Source: Octopus sinensis (taxonomy: Eukaryota). From it: DNA of 64,000 nt. Shown in pieces: positions 27,113 through 37,911 of the stretch. The first letter of the stretch is position 1; each line of letters begins with the position of its first letter. The notes under the pieces are model-generated. The model was not told the origin of the DNA. It did not search any database and saw nothing but the letters and a program-made list of their open reading frames with translations. Where the stretch lies: the NCBI RefSeq assembly GCF_006345805.1, contig NC_042997.1, positions 142,600,001-142,664,000 of the forward strand. The letters are read 5' to 3'. The translations under genes and the position numbers were made by a program.

Positions 27113-28448
27113 TGCAACAGGCTTCTTTCAGTCTTTGTCTGCCATATCCACACAAGGCTGAAGTCCGTAGTAGAAGATACTTGCCCAAGGTACCACAGAG
27201 TGGACCTGAACCTTAGACCACATCGTTAGGGAGCAAGTTTCTCAACCACACAGTCACACCTGTACCCTTTGTGTAAATTAAATATTCTAATAATCAGATC
27301 ATTTATGTACTAATAATAGTAATCATCTCTATTTAGCAATGAGCCAAAATTTCTTTGGCTGATTCCAATCCAATCTAAAAGAGTGAGCTGCACTCCCATT
27401 CCTAATTGATCAATTTGATCTCTAATTTTAATATAATAGTTGTACTTTTGTTATTGACCTACAAACATAGATAATTAATTCAACACAAGTTCATCTCTTA
27501 GCTATAAAGTTGAAGTCTTAAGAGTTTATCACTAAACATTCTTGTTAGAATTTATAAAGTGTTTATATTTCTAGTTTTCCTTTCTTTTTTTCCTTAATTA
27601 ACTTAGCCTTATTTAGTTTTGTTTGTTCATTCAGTGTTCCTATTTTATTCTAAGCTCATGTAGCTTGGGCAGTTTATGCTAGGGTGGCTTTGCTGCAGGT
27701 TAGTCACTAGTGGTCAGCTGCTGGGATTGAAGGCAAGAAATTGGCTTTGGACTTGTGCAGTTCACATTTTCTTTGTACCCCTGCAATCTTGTTCTGTTCA
27801 TAGGAAGTGGCACCTGTGTGTGTATTTATTTCAAGTTATAAACACACAAAAATACAATTTAATATTAAACTGAAGAACTGCTGAATGCTTTCATTAGAGA
27901 ATGTATTTATTATACTTTTACAAAAAGAGTAGTGATGGTCTTCGAAGTTTCAGACTGTCAAACAAAGGTTTGCAGGGCAAAACTTCAAAGACACTGTCAC
28001 CACTCTTGCAAAAGTATAAGTATATATCTACAAAAAGTATTGAGTAGTTCTTTGGTTTAATACTAAATTGGTTTTGTATATAATTTGAAATAAGAACAAA
28101 CATTTGTGTGTGCGTGCACACACACACACACACACCAAACTTCCCATCAGCCAAATTCGCTTACAATGCACTGATTAGTTGATTCTTATGATACGAAGCA
28201 CTTACCCTAGGTGCTTCACAGTAGGACTGAACCCAAAACCAAATGATTGAAAAACCACCTTCGTGACCATACAGCCATACCTGTGTCTTGTTTATACTTC
28301 TTAAACCTAATGCTTATGAATTAATGTTGTAAGAACAGATATTGTTATATTTTGGGATGGGCATTTTTGTTTACCAAATAAACACATGCACTATATATTC
28401 ATTCTTCACTCATTTATTATTGTTCTTATTTTATCTTATGTCCATTGT

Positions 28449-28483
28449 CTGGAAATCTTTCATCACACATCTGTAACCTCTTC
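28449..28483 (-). ncRNA. 5'-truncated hammerhead motif at the edge of a PLE-like remnant (about 28320-28483)
   Basis: Minus strand: GAAGA-G-GTTACA gatg TGTGAT-GAAA-GATTTC-CAG. A 6-bp stem II (with G-T pairs) directly precedes GAAA. Confidence 0.5.
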
Positions 28484-31289
28484 TAAAATTATTATACACT
28501 CAAACTGAATTTTAAAAATCATTTGAAATATATTTGAAATATTTTTCATATTTGTAAAATCATTAATAAAAAGAATCCTAAAAAATGTTAGGTTCATTAT
28601 TCATTTGTCGAGGAGATCTTTCAACAAAATCAGCAAGGCCACATCCACTTGGTTCCTAAACTGTAGAGAGAGAGAGAAAGAGTGAGAGAGATAGTAAATC
28701 TGTCAATTCCATTTTGTCAGTCTGCTTTGTAGATTGGTGTTGAGTTTTCATCAACCTCAGCCTGTTTTTGGTTCATTTTGCTACCTATTTTCTTTGTAAT
28801 TTAGTCTTCACATATTGAAGTTACTACTATGTTATATGTGTGTTGCAGTTGTTACTCAAGCAAGGAAGCCATCCTTGAAGAGCTGAATGAGTAAATGGTT
28901 TTTTTTCTTCTTCGTCTTCTTTCTAGTTTATTATGTGATAGGTACAGCTATGGCTATGTAGTTAAGAAGTTTTCTTTCCAACCACATTGTTTTGGGTTCA
29001 ATCCTACTGAATGGCACCTTGGGCAAATGACTTCTACTGTAGCTCTGGGCTGACCAAAGCCTTGTGCATAGATTTGGTAGATGGAAAATGAAAAAAGCCC
29101 ATTGTGTGTTTGTGTGTGCATTATGTGTATGTATAGATGTATGTGTGTATGTCATCATCATTATTTAACATCCGCTTTCCATGGTGGCATGGGTTGGACA
29201 ATTTGGTTGGTACTTGCAAGGCTGGGAGCTACACCACATTCCAATGTCTGTTTTGGTAAAGTTTCTACAGTTGGATACCCTCCCTAATGTCAACCACTTT
29301 TCAAAGTGTAGTAGGTGCTTTTTATGTGGCACCATCACTGACAGGGGTACCAAGTATTTTGCAAGACAAAAGCCCAATCAAATGGGAGTGAGGCAGGGGG
29401 AGAAGTATTGAGGGTGAGGAGCTTTGTGCCAGATAAAAGATTAAAGGTATAGAGAGACAAAGACAGGTGTCTTACTGTAGAAATCCCAGTTGAGAAAGAA
29501 AGGTGAGAGAGTTAGAGAGCAAGCTAAAAGTGATAGTGAGAGAGAGATGGTGGCAAAGGTGTGTTGAGGGACATTGCAGGTAGTGAGAATAAGTGAGGTG
29601 ATACAGAAGTTTGGACTGCGTGAATGGACTGGATAGCAAAATGGATAGTGTTGCAAATGATGGATAGAAATATAGGAGACACTTAGGAGCAGTGGTTGTA
29701 GTAGATATGTGAGGGCATTGAGAGTGATAGCAGATAAACAGGGTTTTAATGATGGAGAACAGCACAAGTGAGAGAAGGAAGAGATTGGTAGAGACAGTAG
29801 GTGCAAGAAGATAATGGGAAATGGATGTGGTTTGGGGTGTAAGAAAAAAGGTAACTGAGAAAGCAGGGAGATGTAAGTATATGCCTCTTCTGCTCTCAGG
29901 TGATAGAGAAGTGATAGATGTTGGGGGAAATGGTTGATGGAGCAGAGAGGATGGAGGTGAGGGCATAGCCTCTCATGGACAAGCATTATCAAACTGTTTT
30001 TTATATATGTGTGTGTGTGTGTGTGTGAGAGAGAGTATGTATTTTTATGTCTTCTTGTCTTGACATTGCATGATAGTTGTAAATGTTTGTCACTGTCATA
30101 CAAATAATGTCATTCATTCCCAATATTCTGCAAAAACATATTTGGCCACAAAGAAATAACTACTTTGCTTGGAAACAGGGGAAGGTTGGTAGCAGGAAGG
30201 GCATCCAGTTCATAGAAAATCTGCCTTAGTAAGCTCTGTCCAGCCCATGCTTGCATGTGGTTGTTAAAATGATGATGATGTTGTAGTAGTAGTAGTAGTA
30301 GTAATTTCCATTGGGAGAATTTAATACATTGAAGACATAAATGATTGATTACTTTCCTCTTTCTAAACTTTTCCTTTTCCTGAAGGCTTTAAATCTTAAA
30401 TTGTCTATTATTTCCGTGTGTGTGTGTGTTTTTATATCTTTCCTGTATCATCCAGCACTTGTTTTTGCATGATCTTGATAATGTCCTTGGCATTTGTAAG
30501 TGACCACAAACGTTTTCTGGAGGACATCTATTTTTTAAGAATTTTTCTTAAGCCCTAGGACTTATAAGGCCAGTTTCCCAGTTTCTGTGATGTATGAGTG
30601 ATCAAAATTACAACATTCCTCTGGAAGGGGTGCAGTTCTGGTGCAGAGTTCAAGGGATAAAAAACAAAGTTGACCTCTGCAGAATTTGAACTCAAAATGC
30701 CAAGAGCCAGAAAAATGCTGCAAAACTGATTCTACCAGTTTACCATGTAGATGACAACTAATATATGATTTATAATGCTTCATAAATTGGTTTAAATGTG
30801 CGTCAGACCAAAATTTCAGAGACCTCAACTTTTGAGAACTGATATTTGCATCAGATGTAAAACACATAAGTTGAGAATACAATGATTATTAATTTTTTTT
30901 TTTTTGTATTCTTGACAGGCATCCATGCTGGAGATCTTCCTTCTTATGTCACACACTAGGGTTCTCAAAATCATAGCAAAAACCAAAATTATAATCTTTG
31001 ATATCAATAAGTCCTTTAAACCATATATCTAACATAAAAGTTCCTTGCAAACTTGTCTGCCTATGAGCTCCAGTTATCTCTCATTTTATGGCTAAGAAGT
31101 TTCTTCTCACAGTTTCGTTTATCAGAGTGTGCATCAACAGGGCACTCTGTCCATTATTCTATCAAGACTGGTCCACATCCAGGTTGTTATTTCTCTTGTA
31201 CACTTCCTTCTGTATTTCACTGTTACTTCTAACCATACACAATGCTTTCACTTCTATGAATTCTGTGGAGTCATATGGAGTTCATTATA

Positions 31290-31502
31290 CAAGGGGGTGC
31301 TGAAAACTTCCTGATTTTGGATAAAAGAAAATACAGGAGGATCAGTTATGATTTTATTCAATATATTCCCTTTTCAGATTCACACACTTATTGCAGTAGT
31401 CCTTCAGTTTTTCTAAGCCATGTAAAAGAACTCAGAAGGTTGGGCCTCCAACAAGGCCTTTCACGACACCCTTAAAGCCAGAAACTTTTCAGCACCCCCT
31501 TG
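31290..31502. mobile_element. Mariner-derived MITE (internal deletion)
   Basis: TIRs caagggggtgctgaaaa / ttttcagcacccccttg, with TA on the left. The interior on the minus strand encodes a mariner C-terminus, GLEKLKDYCNKCVNLKREYIE*. Confidence 0.85.
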
Positions 31503-32045
31503 CATATGCATATTTCAGGAGTTCTTGCTTCTTCCTCAGCATCACATCCAACCTATTTGCTATTCATGAACATGTTGCTTAAATAGCTACCAAATATAGT
31601 GGTGTAACACTATTGGATATATCAATTTTACAAAATAAACACATTCCTAGTAACTGGTACAGAATATCATAACTTTCTGTACTGTCTATAATCCCTATAG
31701 AAAATCTGTAGAGATAACTTTAAAAAGTGACTGAATTGCACTGCTAACACAGGTAGGACACAGTATTGACTTATAAGCCTTTAGTATACTTGGTAGTAAT
31801 TACAAATGGTTGCATTACAAAATATGGTGTCCCTACTATGCTGTGTTTTGGTTTTCAACTTTTCTAATAATAGTTGCTTTATATTTCTCTTCCATTATTT
31901 GATTTCATGATTTTTTCGTTTGAAATTTTTTTAATTGAAAATATATATTGTAATTAAATCTCAGTATGTTTAAGGAAGTATTAACCTGCTTTTTTTTTGG
32001 GGGGGGGGGGTGTATCTTACCTAAATAGACTGCTGATGTTTTATA

Positions 32046-32168
32046 CGAGGAGTGTATGAAAAGTTTTGAGCCTTCAAGGCCTTTCAGCCTTGATGTCTTG
32101 TACCTTCATCAGAAGTCTTGTACCATGTTTTGCTTTTTTGAGGCTCAAAACTTTTCATACACTGCTCG
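32046..32168. mobile_element. Tiny (123 bp) Tc1/mariner-type MITE
   Basis: TA-cgaggagtgtatgaaaagttttgagcct ... aggctcaaaacttttcatacactgctcg-TA; TIRs near-perfect. Confidence 0.88.
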
Positions 32169-32604
32169 TATATCTGTCAACAATACTGTATTTGATAATT
32201 ATTTTTGTGTCATGTAATCAATTTACATATTAGTTTTGTTCAACTTCCATATGACTTTTTATATTGTTACTTATTCTATGTTAGGTTTGTGCCTCTACTG
32301 TGTGTATCTGAATAGGTACACCATGTCCTTGCATATCATAAGAGGCAACCAAAAGAGTAGGCAAAAGGAAGAGCATCCAACAATAAAGCACATCATCATC
32401 ACAATTTAATCTTCACTTTTCTATGCTTTCATGGCTCAGACAATTTGTTGAGGCAGGTTTTCTACAGCTGGATGCTATTCCTATTACTAACCCTTACCAG
32501 TTTCCCCCATCAAAGGCTGGAAGCTAACAACATCACCTGTATGATGGTGATGTTCAATTGTAATTATCATATGCATATACAAGTGAATACACACGCACAC
32601 TCAC

Positions 32605-32902
32605 AAGACCAAGAAAGAGAGGACAAATTTCAGAAGTCAGTGTTCTTAGTCACTCGATACATTTTAATATCCTCATTGGTTTTTTAGTATCCTCCTTGAT
32701 TTCTAATATGGATATACAACCTCATAAGATCTCCTGCAAATATATTTATGATTTATGTGTTTATATATTTATATATTTTTATATTATATCATATACATTT
32801 ATGAGTGCACCTATGTATGCTGTAAAGTATTCCGATGCTGTGAAATATACTGAGTGATTAAGAATACTGACTTCTGAAATTTGTCCTCTTTTTCTTGGTC
32901 TT
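32605..32902. repeat. Spaced inverted repeat (about 60-bp arms), possibly an older PLE-type pair
   Basis: aagaccaagaaagagaggacaaatttcagaagtcagtgttcttagtcactc (from 32605) vs gagtgattaagaatactgacttctgaaatttgtcctctttttcttggtctt (to 32902). Confidence 0.75.
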
Positions 32903-33702
32903 ATATTCCTGATGCTCTATTAGAGTGCTAATTAGTTATGTTAAGGGATAATTACCCTATTTTTTCTTCATTGTATACACACACGCACACACATACCTGC
33001 TTTTTTCAGTTTCCATCTACCAAATTCATTCACAAGGCTTTGGTCGGCTTACAGCTTTAACAAACGATACTTGCCTAAGGTACTACGCAGTGAGACTGAA
33101 CCCAAGATCATATGGTTAGGAAGCAAGCTTCTTATCCACAAAGCCAAGCCTACAAAAAGAAAAAACAGCTGCAAGAAAAAAAAAGAATCACATATGTGCT
33201 AGCAAATATAAAATGGTTGTTTATAACAACTGTTTAGAGAATACAAATTATTGACTTCTGTATTTAGTAATTGTTAAATGTCTTGTAGGCCAATTTTATC
33301 ATGAGGCAACTTCTGGAGGGTTTCTCTTCATACAATAAACTTAAAACAAGCAGTTTTTTGTGGTCCAATTTTTTTCATGGAAATATCCACAAAAGAAGTT
33401 GAATTCAGCACTACCTTCAAGTGAGTGAATCACTCTTCATTTTTATAGTACAGCTATATCTTATGTTGAGTTTCTCCTACACTAATATAAGGAGTGAGCT
33501 GTTTAAAAATTGAGTATTTTAACTACTGACAATGCTGTGCTAGTGACTGGATCTGTCTGTTAAGGTATTCTGGTGTCAAAGAAACAGAAGAATAAAAAGT
33601 GTATGCATTGTATGAATTTTAAAAATTTGAGGGTTAGTTTGTTGTAGAGAATGCTTAAAGGGGAGAAATTTTCATGGTCTTCAGAATGTAAAACCACATT
33701 AA

Positions 33703-33920
33703 CCCTTTTATTACTATATTTCTGTTGAAATACAGCCACATTAATTTCAATATATTATGGAAAACAATGAAGACTATAGTAAAATAAATTTGCTATTATT
33801 AACCTACTGTTTGGAACATGACCTAAAATTGTAAGAGAAATTTTACTTTAGACCACTTTGGAATAAGAAGTTTATGCCATAGAACAAGTGGCAATTTCAG
33901 GTGCCTTGGTATGAAAAAGG
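33703..33920. mobile_element. MITE family D
   Basis: TTAA-cccttttattact ... ggtatgaaaaagg-TTAA. Confidence 0.72.
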
Positions 33921-34968
33921 TTAATGTTCAGTGTGAAGTTTAGGGAATCAGTAAAAGCTGGGGTGAGTACAATGGTTAATTTTCAAGGATGTGGAGAAAT
34001 GTAGAATCTACTTCAAGGTTTGAAGTAATAGCAGTGTAGCAGAGAAAGAAAATAAAGAAAATCTTTTGTAGGAACTGAAGTTGATTTGGTGAAAGCTTGA
34101 GAACATGCTTTCATTAGACAATGTGATGAAACCAAGGAAGAAATTTAAGATTCAGGTGATTAATCTCCTGAACAAATATTATTCCAGTGAATAATATTTG
34201 CTCAGGAGATTTAAATACCACCCATTTCCTTAAGGTTTCCTTAATATCTAGTGCAGAAGATTGGTTTTAATACAATGAATATTACAAAAACAAAATAAAG
34301 AAAAACTGAATTTTCTAAGTTTTTTTTTTTTCATTACATCTATCCTCACACCATAATGAGGGGGGGAGTTCCCAGAAAAAAAAAATTGTAATAAATGAAT
34401 GAGTGCTAAATGAATCATTTCTGCATACTTTGTAAATGGAACATATGGTAAATTCATTGAAACTTGTGGCCAACCACACTGTCATGTATTTTCTACCTTA
34501 TCCTGTAGAGAAAACCATTGTCTGCATTATTTGTTAGGATCAGGCACCTTTATATTTTTTCTGTTCACTGGTGGCATGTTGTTGAGTACTTGTACATAAA
34601 TCCATATCAAAAATATGCAGCCTCACAGTACAATCATGTAAACACAAGTGCTAATCAGTGTATCCTGGGTTGCTGAGTATTGTGTATGGTTGCTGGAGTG
34701 TGTTTTTGTGATACAGGCTGAATTTTCAACTAATCGCCAACCCATGTTATCACAGATCAATCCATGATAAAGCTATCATGGTTCACAATTGAGCATACCT
34801 TGTTATCCCTGATCAGTGATGAATGAATCATTGATAAACAAGGATACATGTATTATTAAAATATTATGATATCAGTGTTAAAGATTCATAATTCATGGTT
34901 TTTAATTATTTTTCTCATTTTCTCACTACAATTTCCATTTGATTTTTTTTTTTCATCAACATTAAAAT

Positions 34969-35305
34969 AAAAATCAAATGGAAATTGTAGTTGTGATACC
35001 TGTGCCGGTGGCACGTATAAAGCACCATCCGAACATGGCCGATGCCAGTGCCGCCTCGGCGGCACGTAAAAAGCACTAGCCGATCATGGCCATTGCCAGC
35101 CTCCCCTGGCACCTGTGCCAGTGTTACGTAAAAAGCACCCACTACACTCACAGAGTGGTTGACGTTAGGAAGGGCATCTAGCTGTAGAAACACTGCCAGA
35201 TCAGACTGGGGCCTGGTTCAGCCTCCTGGCTTCCCAGACCCCAGTCGAACCATCCAACGCATTCCAGCATGGAAAACAGCCGTTAAACGATGATGATGAT
35301 GATGA
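34969..35305 (+). mobile_element. Family A element with three tandem units
   Basis: ggcacgtaaaaagcac-like core three times, then ttaggaagggcatc..ccagcatggaaaacagccgttaaacgatgatgat. Confidence 0.8.
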
Positions 35306-36104
35306 TTTCTGTTACCTGTCCTTCTCTGTTCTTTTCAACTAATATTTCGATTCTCACTGAAATATTCCATTTGTTTAATATCTGTGCAAATATCACTGTT
35401 ATTATTCCCAATGTTGTCTATAGATTTAACTGCTAGCCATGGATGGGGGTGTGCAGATGATGAAAATAAAGAATGATGATCAGAGCAGAGCTGTTTCCTG
35501 TATGTTTGTAAATCCAGATATGAATAAAGGGTCTGGTGTGGAAAGAAGATATATAAAAAAACTGATATGATTATAGCTTTGTTAAATAAGCTAACTATAT
35601 ATTTGAAGTAGAATTGACAGATTTATTACTATTTTGCTATTACTTTTTCTCAGCTGTTCCATTTATTTATTCACTGAATAATGTCAACCCTCACTTAAAC
35701 TTGACATATTTTCATTTTTTTTTTCTTTTTCGTGGTAAAACAGAGAATTTTCCAACTATTGAAATATTATTCATGTTCCAAGCTGACATTTTTTTAAGGG
35801 GTGTTGAGAGGGAAGCAACAACTCTGATTTGGTAATAGATATTGCTTGTTGTGTTACCTCTCTCTCTCTCTCTCTCTCTCCCTCTCTCTCTCACACACAC
35901 ATACATACACACACACGCACGCATGCGCACACACATTAACATTGCTGTTAATAAGCTTGCAGAAAAGATTTGAAACAATTATGTGTATTACTGGTGCATT
36001 TAAATAATTATGCAAGTATAACCTCACCCTTAATCCACTCCCACGGGACAGTATGAAATTACAATTTAATTGGTCTATATTTTCAAGCCATCTTAATCTT
36101 TTTT

Positions 36105-36436
36105 GTCTTTTACTTGTTTCAGTCACTGGATTGCAGGCCATGCTGGGGCATTATCCTGGAGGCTTTATCTTCTATTAGTCTCTTTTGCTCAACTGCTAGG
36201 TTAGAGGGATGTAAACAAACCAACACCAGGGGGCAAGTGATGGTAGCAGAAACACACCTACATATTATACATACACACATGTATGACAGGCTTCCACACA
36301 GTCTCTGTCTACCAAATTCACTTGCAAGGCTTTGGTTGGCCTGAGGTTATAGTGGAGGGTACTTGCCGAAGACACTGTGCAGTGGGACAGATCTCAAGAC
36401 CATATAGTTGTAAGCATGCTTCTTAACCACATGGCC
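36105..36436 (-). mobile_element. SINE family B (inverted relative to the copy at 36582-36750)
   Basis: Family B tail, body and head in reverse orientation. Confidence 0.75.
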
Positions 36437-36817
36437 TTTTTTTTTTTTAAATAAACCAGTGTCAATATTGTAATATTATGGGTCATACCAATCCAATATT
36501 ATTCTATATGATAACAGACAGAAAATACTCATTTAATTAAGAAATTTACATGAAATATAAATTTAGTTAATACATAATACATAGGTGCAAGTATGGCTAT
36601 GTGGTTTAAAAGTTCACTTTGCTGTCACATAGTTTCAGGTTCAATCCCACCATGTGACACCTTGGGCAATTGTATTTTATAGCCCCAAGTCAATCAATGC
36701 CTTATGAATGGATTTGATGGACAGAAATTGTGTGGAACTCTGTCATATGTGTGTATGTATTTTATATATATATATATATATATACTTTATTTAAAGCAGC
36801 AGAAAATTCAACAAAAC

Positions 36818-36855
36818 CTGTTACTCTGAGTTTCCCGTTGCCATTCATCGGACAG
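36818..36855 (-). ncRNA. Minimal type-I hammerhead ribozyme motif (U4C core variant)
   Basis: Minus strand: CTGT-CCGATGA-ATG GCAA CGG-GAAA-CTCAGAG-TA-ACAG. Stem I CTGT/ACAG, short stem II with GCAA loop, stem III ACTC/GAGT, GUA cleavage triplet. Confidence 0.7.
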
Positions 36856-36865
36856 TTTTTGCAAA

Positions 36866-36903
36866 CTGTCCGATGAACAGCAACAGGAAACTCAGAATAA
36901 CAG
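36866..36903 (+). ncRNA. Second, more decayed copy of the same hammerhead motif
   Basis: CTGT-CCGATGA-ACAGCAACAG-GAAA-CTCAGAA-TA-ACAG. Differences from the minus copy are transitions, mostly consistent with CpG decay. Confidence 0.55.
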
Positions 36904-37025
36904 GTTTTGTTGAATTTTCTGCTGCTTTAAATAAAGCATATTACTCTACCACTGGTATTTGAGTACTCTTTTTTCCACCTTGTTTCACATTTATGTGTTT
37001 ACTCCGGTATATATATATATATATA

Positions 37026-37911
37026 CGTAGTCTGATCAATAAGTATCCAGACTGTTGCCATAGTAACAAAGTTAAAGCAAACAGAGTAAAGCCACTTGGC
37101 ACAGATTGACCTTGAACTCTGCTGTTCATGCACACTAAGTTTTAATGTTCTAGCTCACTTCTGCTGTCTACAGCAGTGCTTGGAAGTAACATGTGTAGCT
37201 TGTGTTCATTGCATTAACCATGACAGAGAAAACTGAACAGAGAATCTGCATCCAATTTTGCCAAAAGTTTGGCAATACCTGCTCAGAAGCCTATGTAAAG
37301 TTTTCAAAAGTTTTCATTATTCTTGACACAATCAAAGAGATTTTGTGCAATTGAAACCCGAGTGTCCTTTTGATTAGCTGAAAGCAGTTTTGACACAAAC
37401 TTGGCAGACACGCATCTCATACCCAAATCTTCAGTGATAATGGACTGAACTGAAATGTAACTAATCTGCACATCCTCTGATAACTTACAGATAGTGATTT
37501 GATAATTTCCCCTCACAGCTGCATGCACACCTGTGATGCTTTTCTCAGTTCTGCTGGTTACAGGTCTCCTAGAACATTCGTCGATATGAACATTTTTTTT
37601 GGAAAGGTCTGAACCACTCATACACTTGTGTGCAGCTCATACACTCCTCTCCATACACATTCTGCAACATTGTGCCGGCCTTTGAGCAGGTATTGCCATG
37701 ACAAATTTCTCTGTCATGGTCAATGCAAATATCACACACTACACACCTTCCTTCCAAGCACTTCTGTAAACAGCAGAAGTGAGCTAGAATGTTAAAACTG
37801 AGTGTGTATGCACAGCAGATGTCAAAGTCAATCTTTGCCAAGCAGCTTAATTCTATGTGTCTTAGCTTTATTTCTATGGCAACAGTCTGGATACTTATTG
37901 ATCAGACCTCA
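37026..37911. mobile_element. Non-autonomous fold-back mariner derivative with two 5' ends
   Basis: TA-flanked. TIRs gtctgatcaataagtatccagactgttgccatag extend into about 250 bp inverted arms. Plus strand from 37220 reads MTEKTEQRICIQFCQKFGNTCSEAY. Minus strand from 37717 reads transposase N-terminus through ...IITEDLGMRCVSAKFVSKLL. No catalytic domain seen. Confidence 0.9.

Larger units (their letters stand above)
36785..37007. mobile_element. Penelope-like (PLE) pseudo-LTR remnant with inverted partial copy
   Basis: 74-bp inverted arms at 36785-36858 and 36863-36936, plus a 3' extension to 37007, set in (TA)n. Each arm carries a minimal hammerhead motif. An inverted partial LTR is the known PLE insertion signature. 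Confidence 0.75.

Noticed and set aside
29441-30103. Longest ORFs (220 aa and 164 aa)
   Set aside because: Low-complexity antisense of a purine-rich repeat body shared with about 9.9-10.1 kb; no domain recognised.
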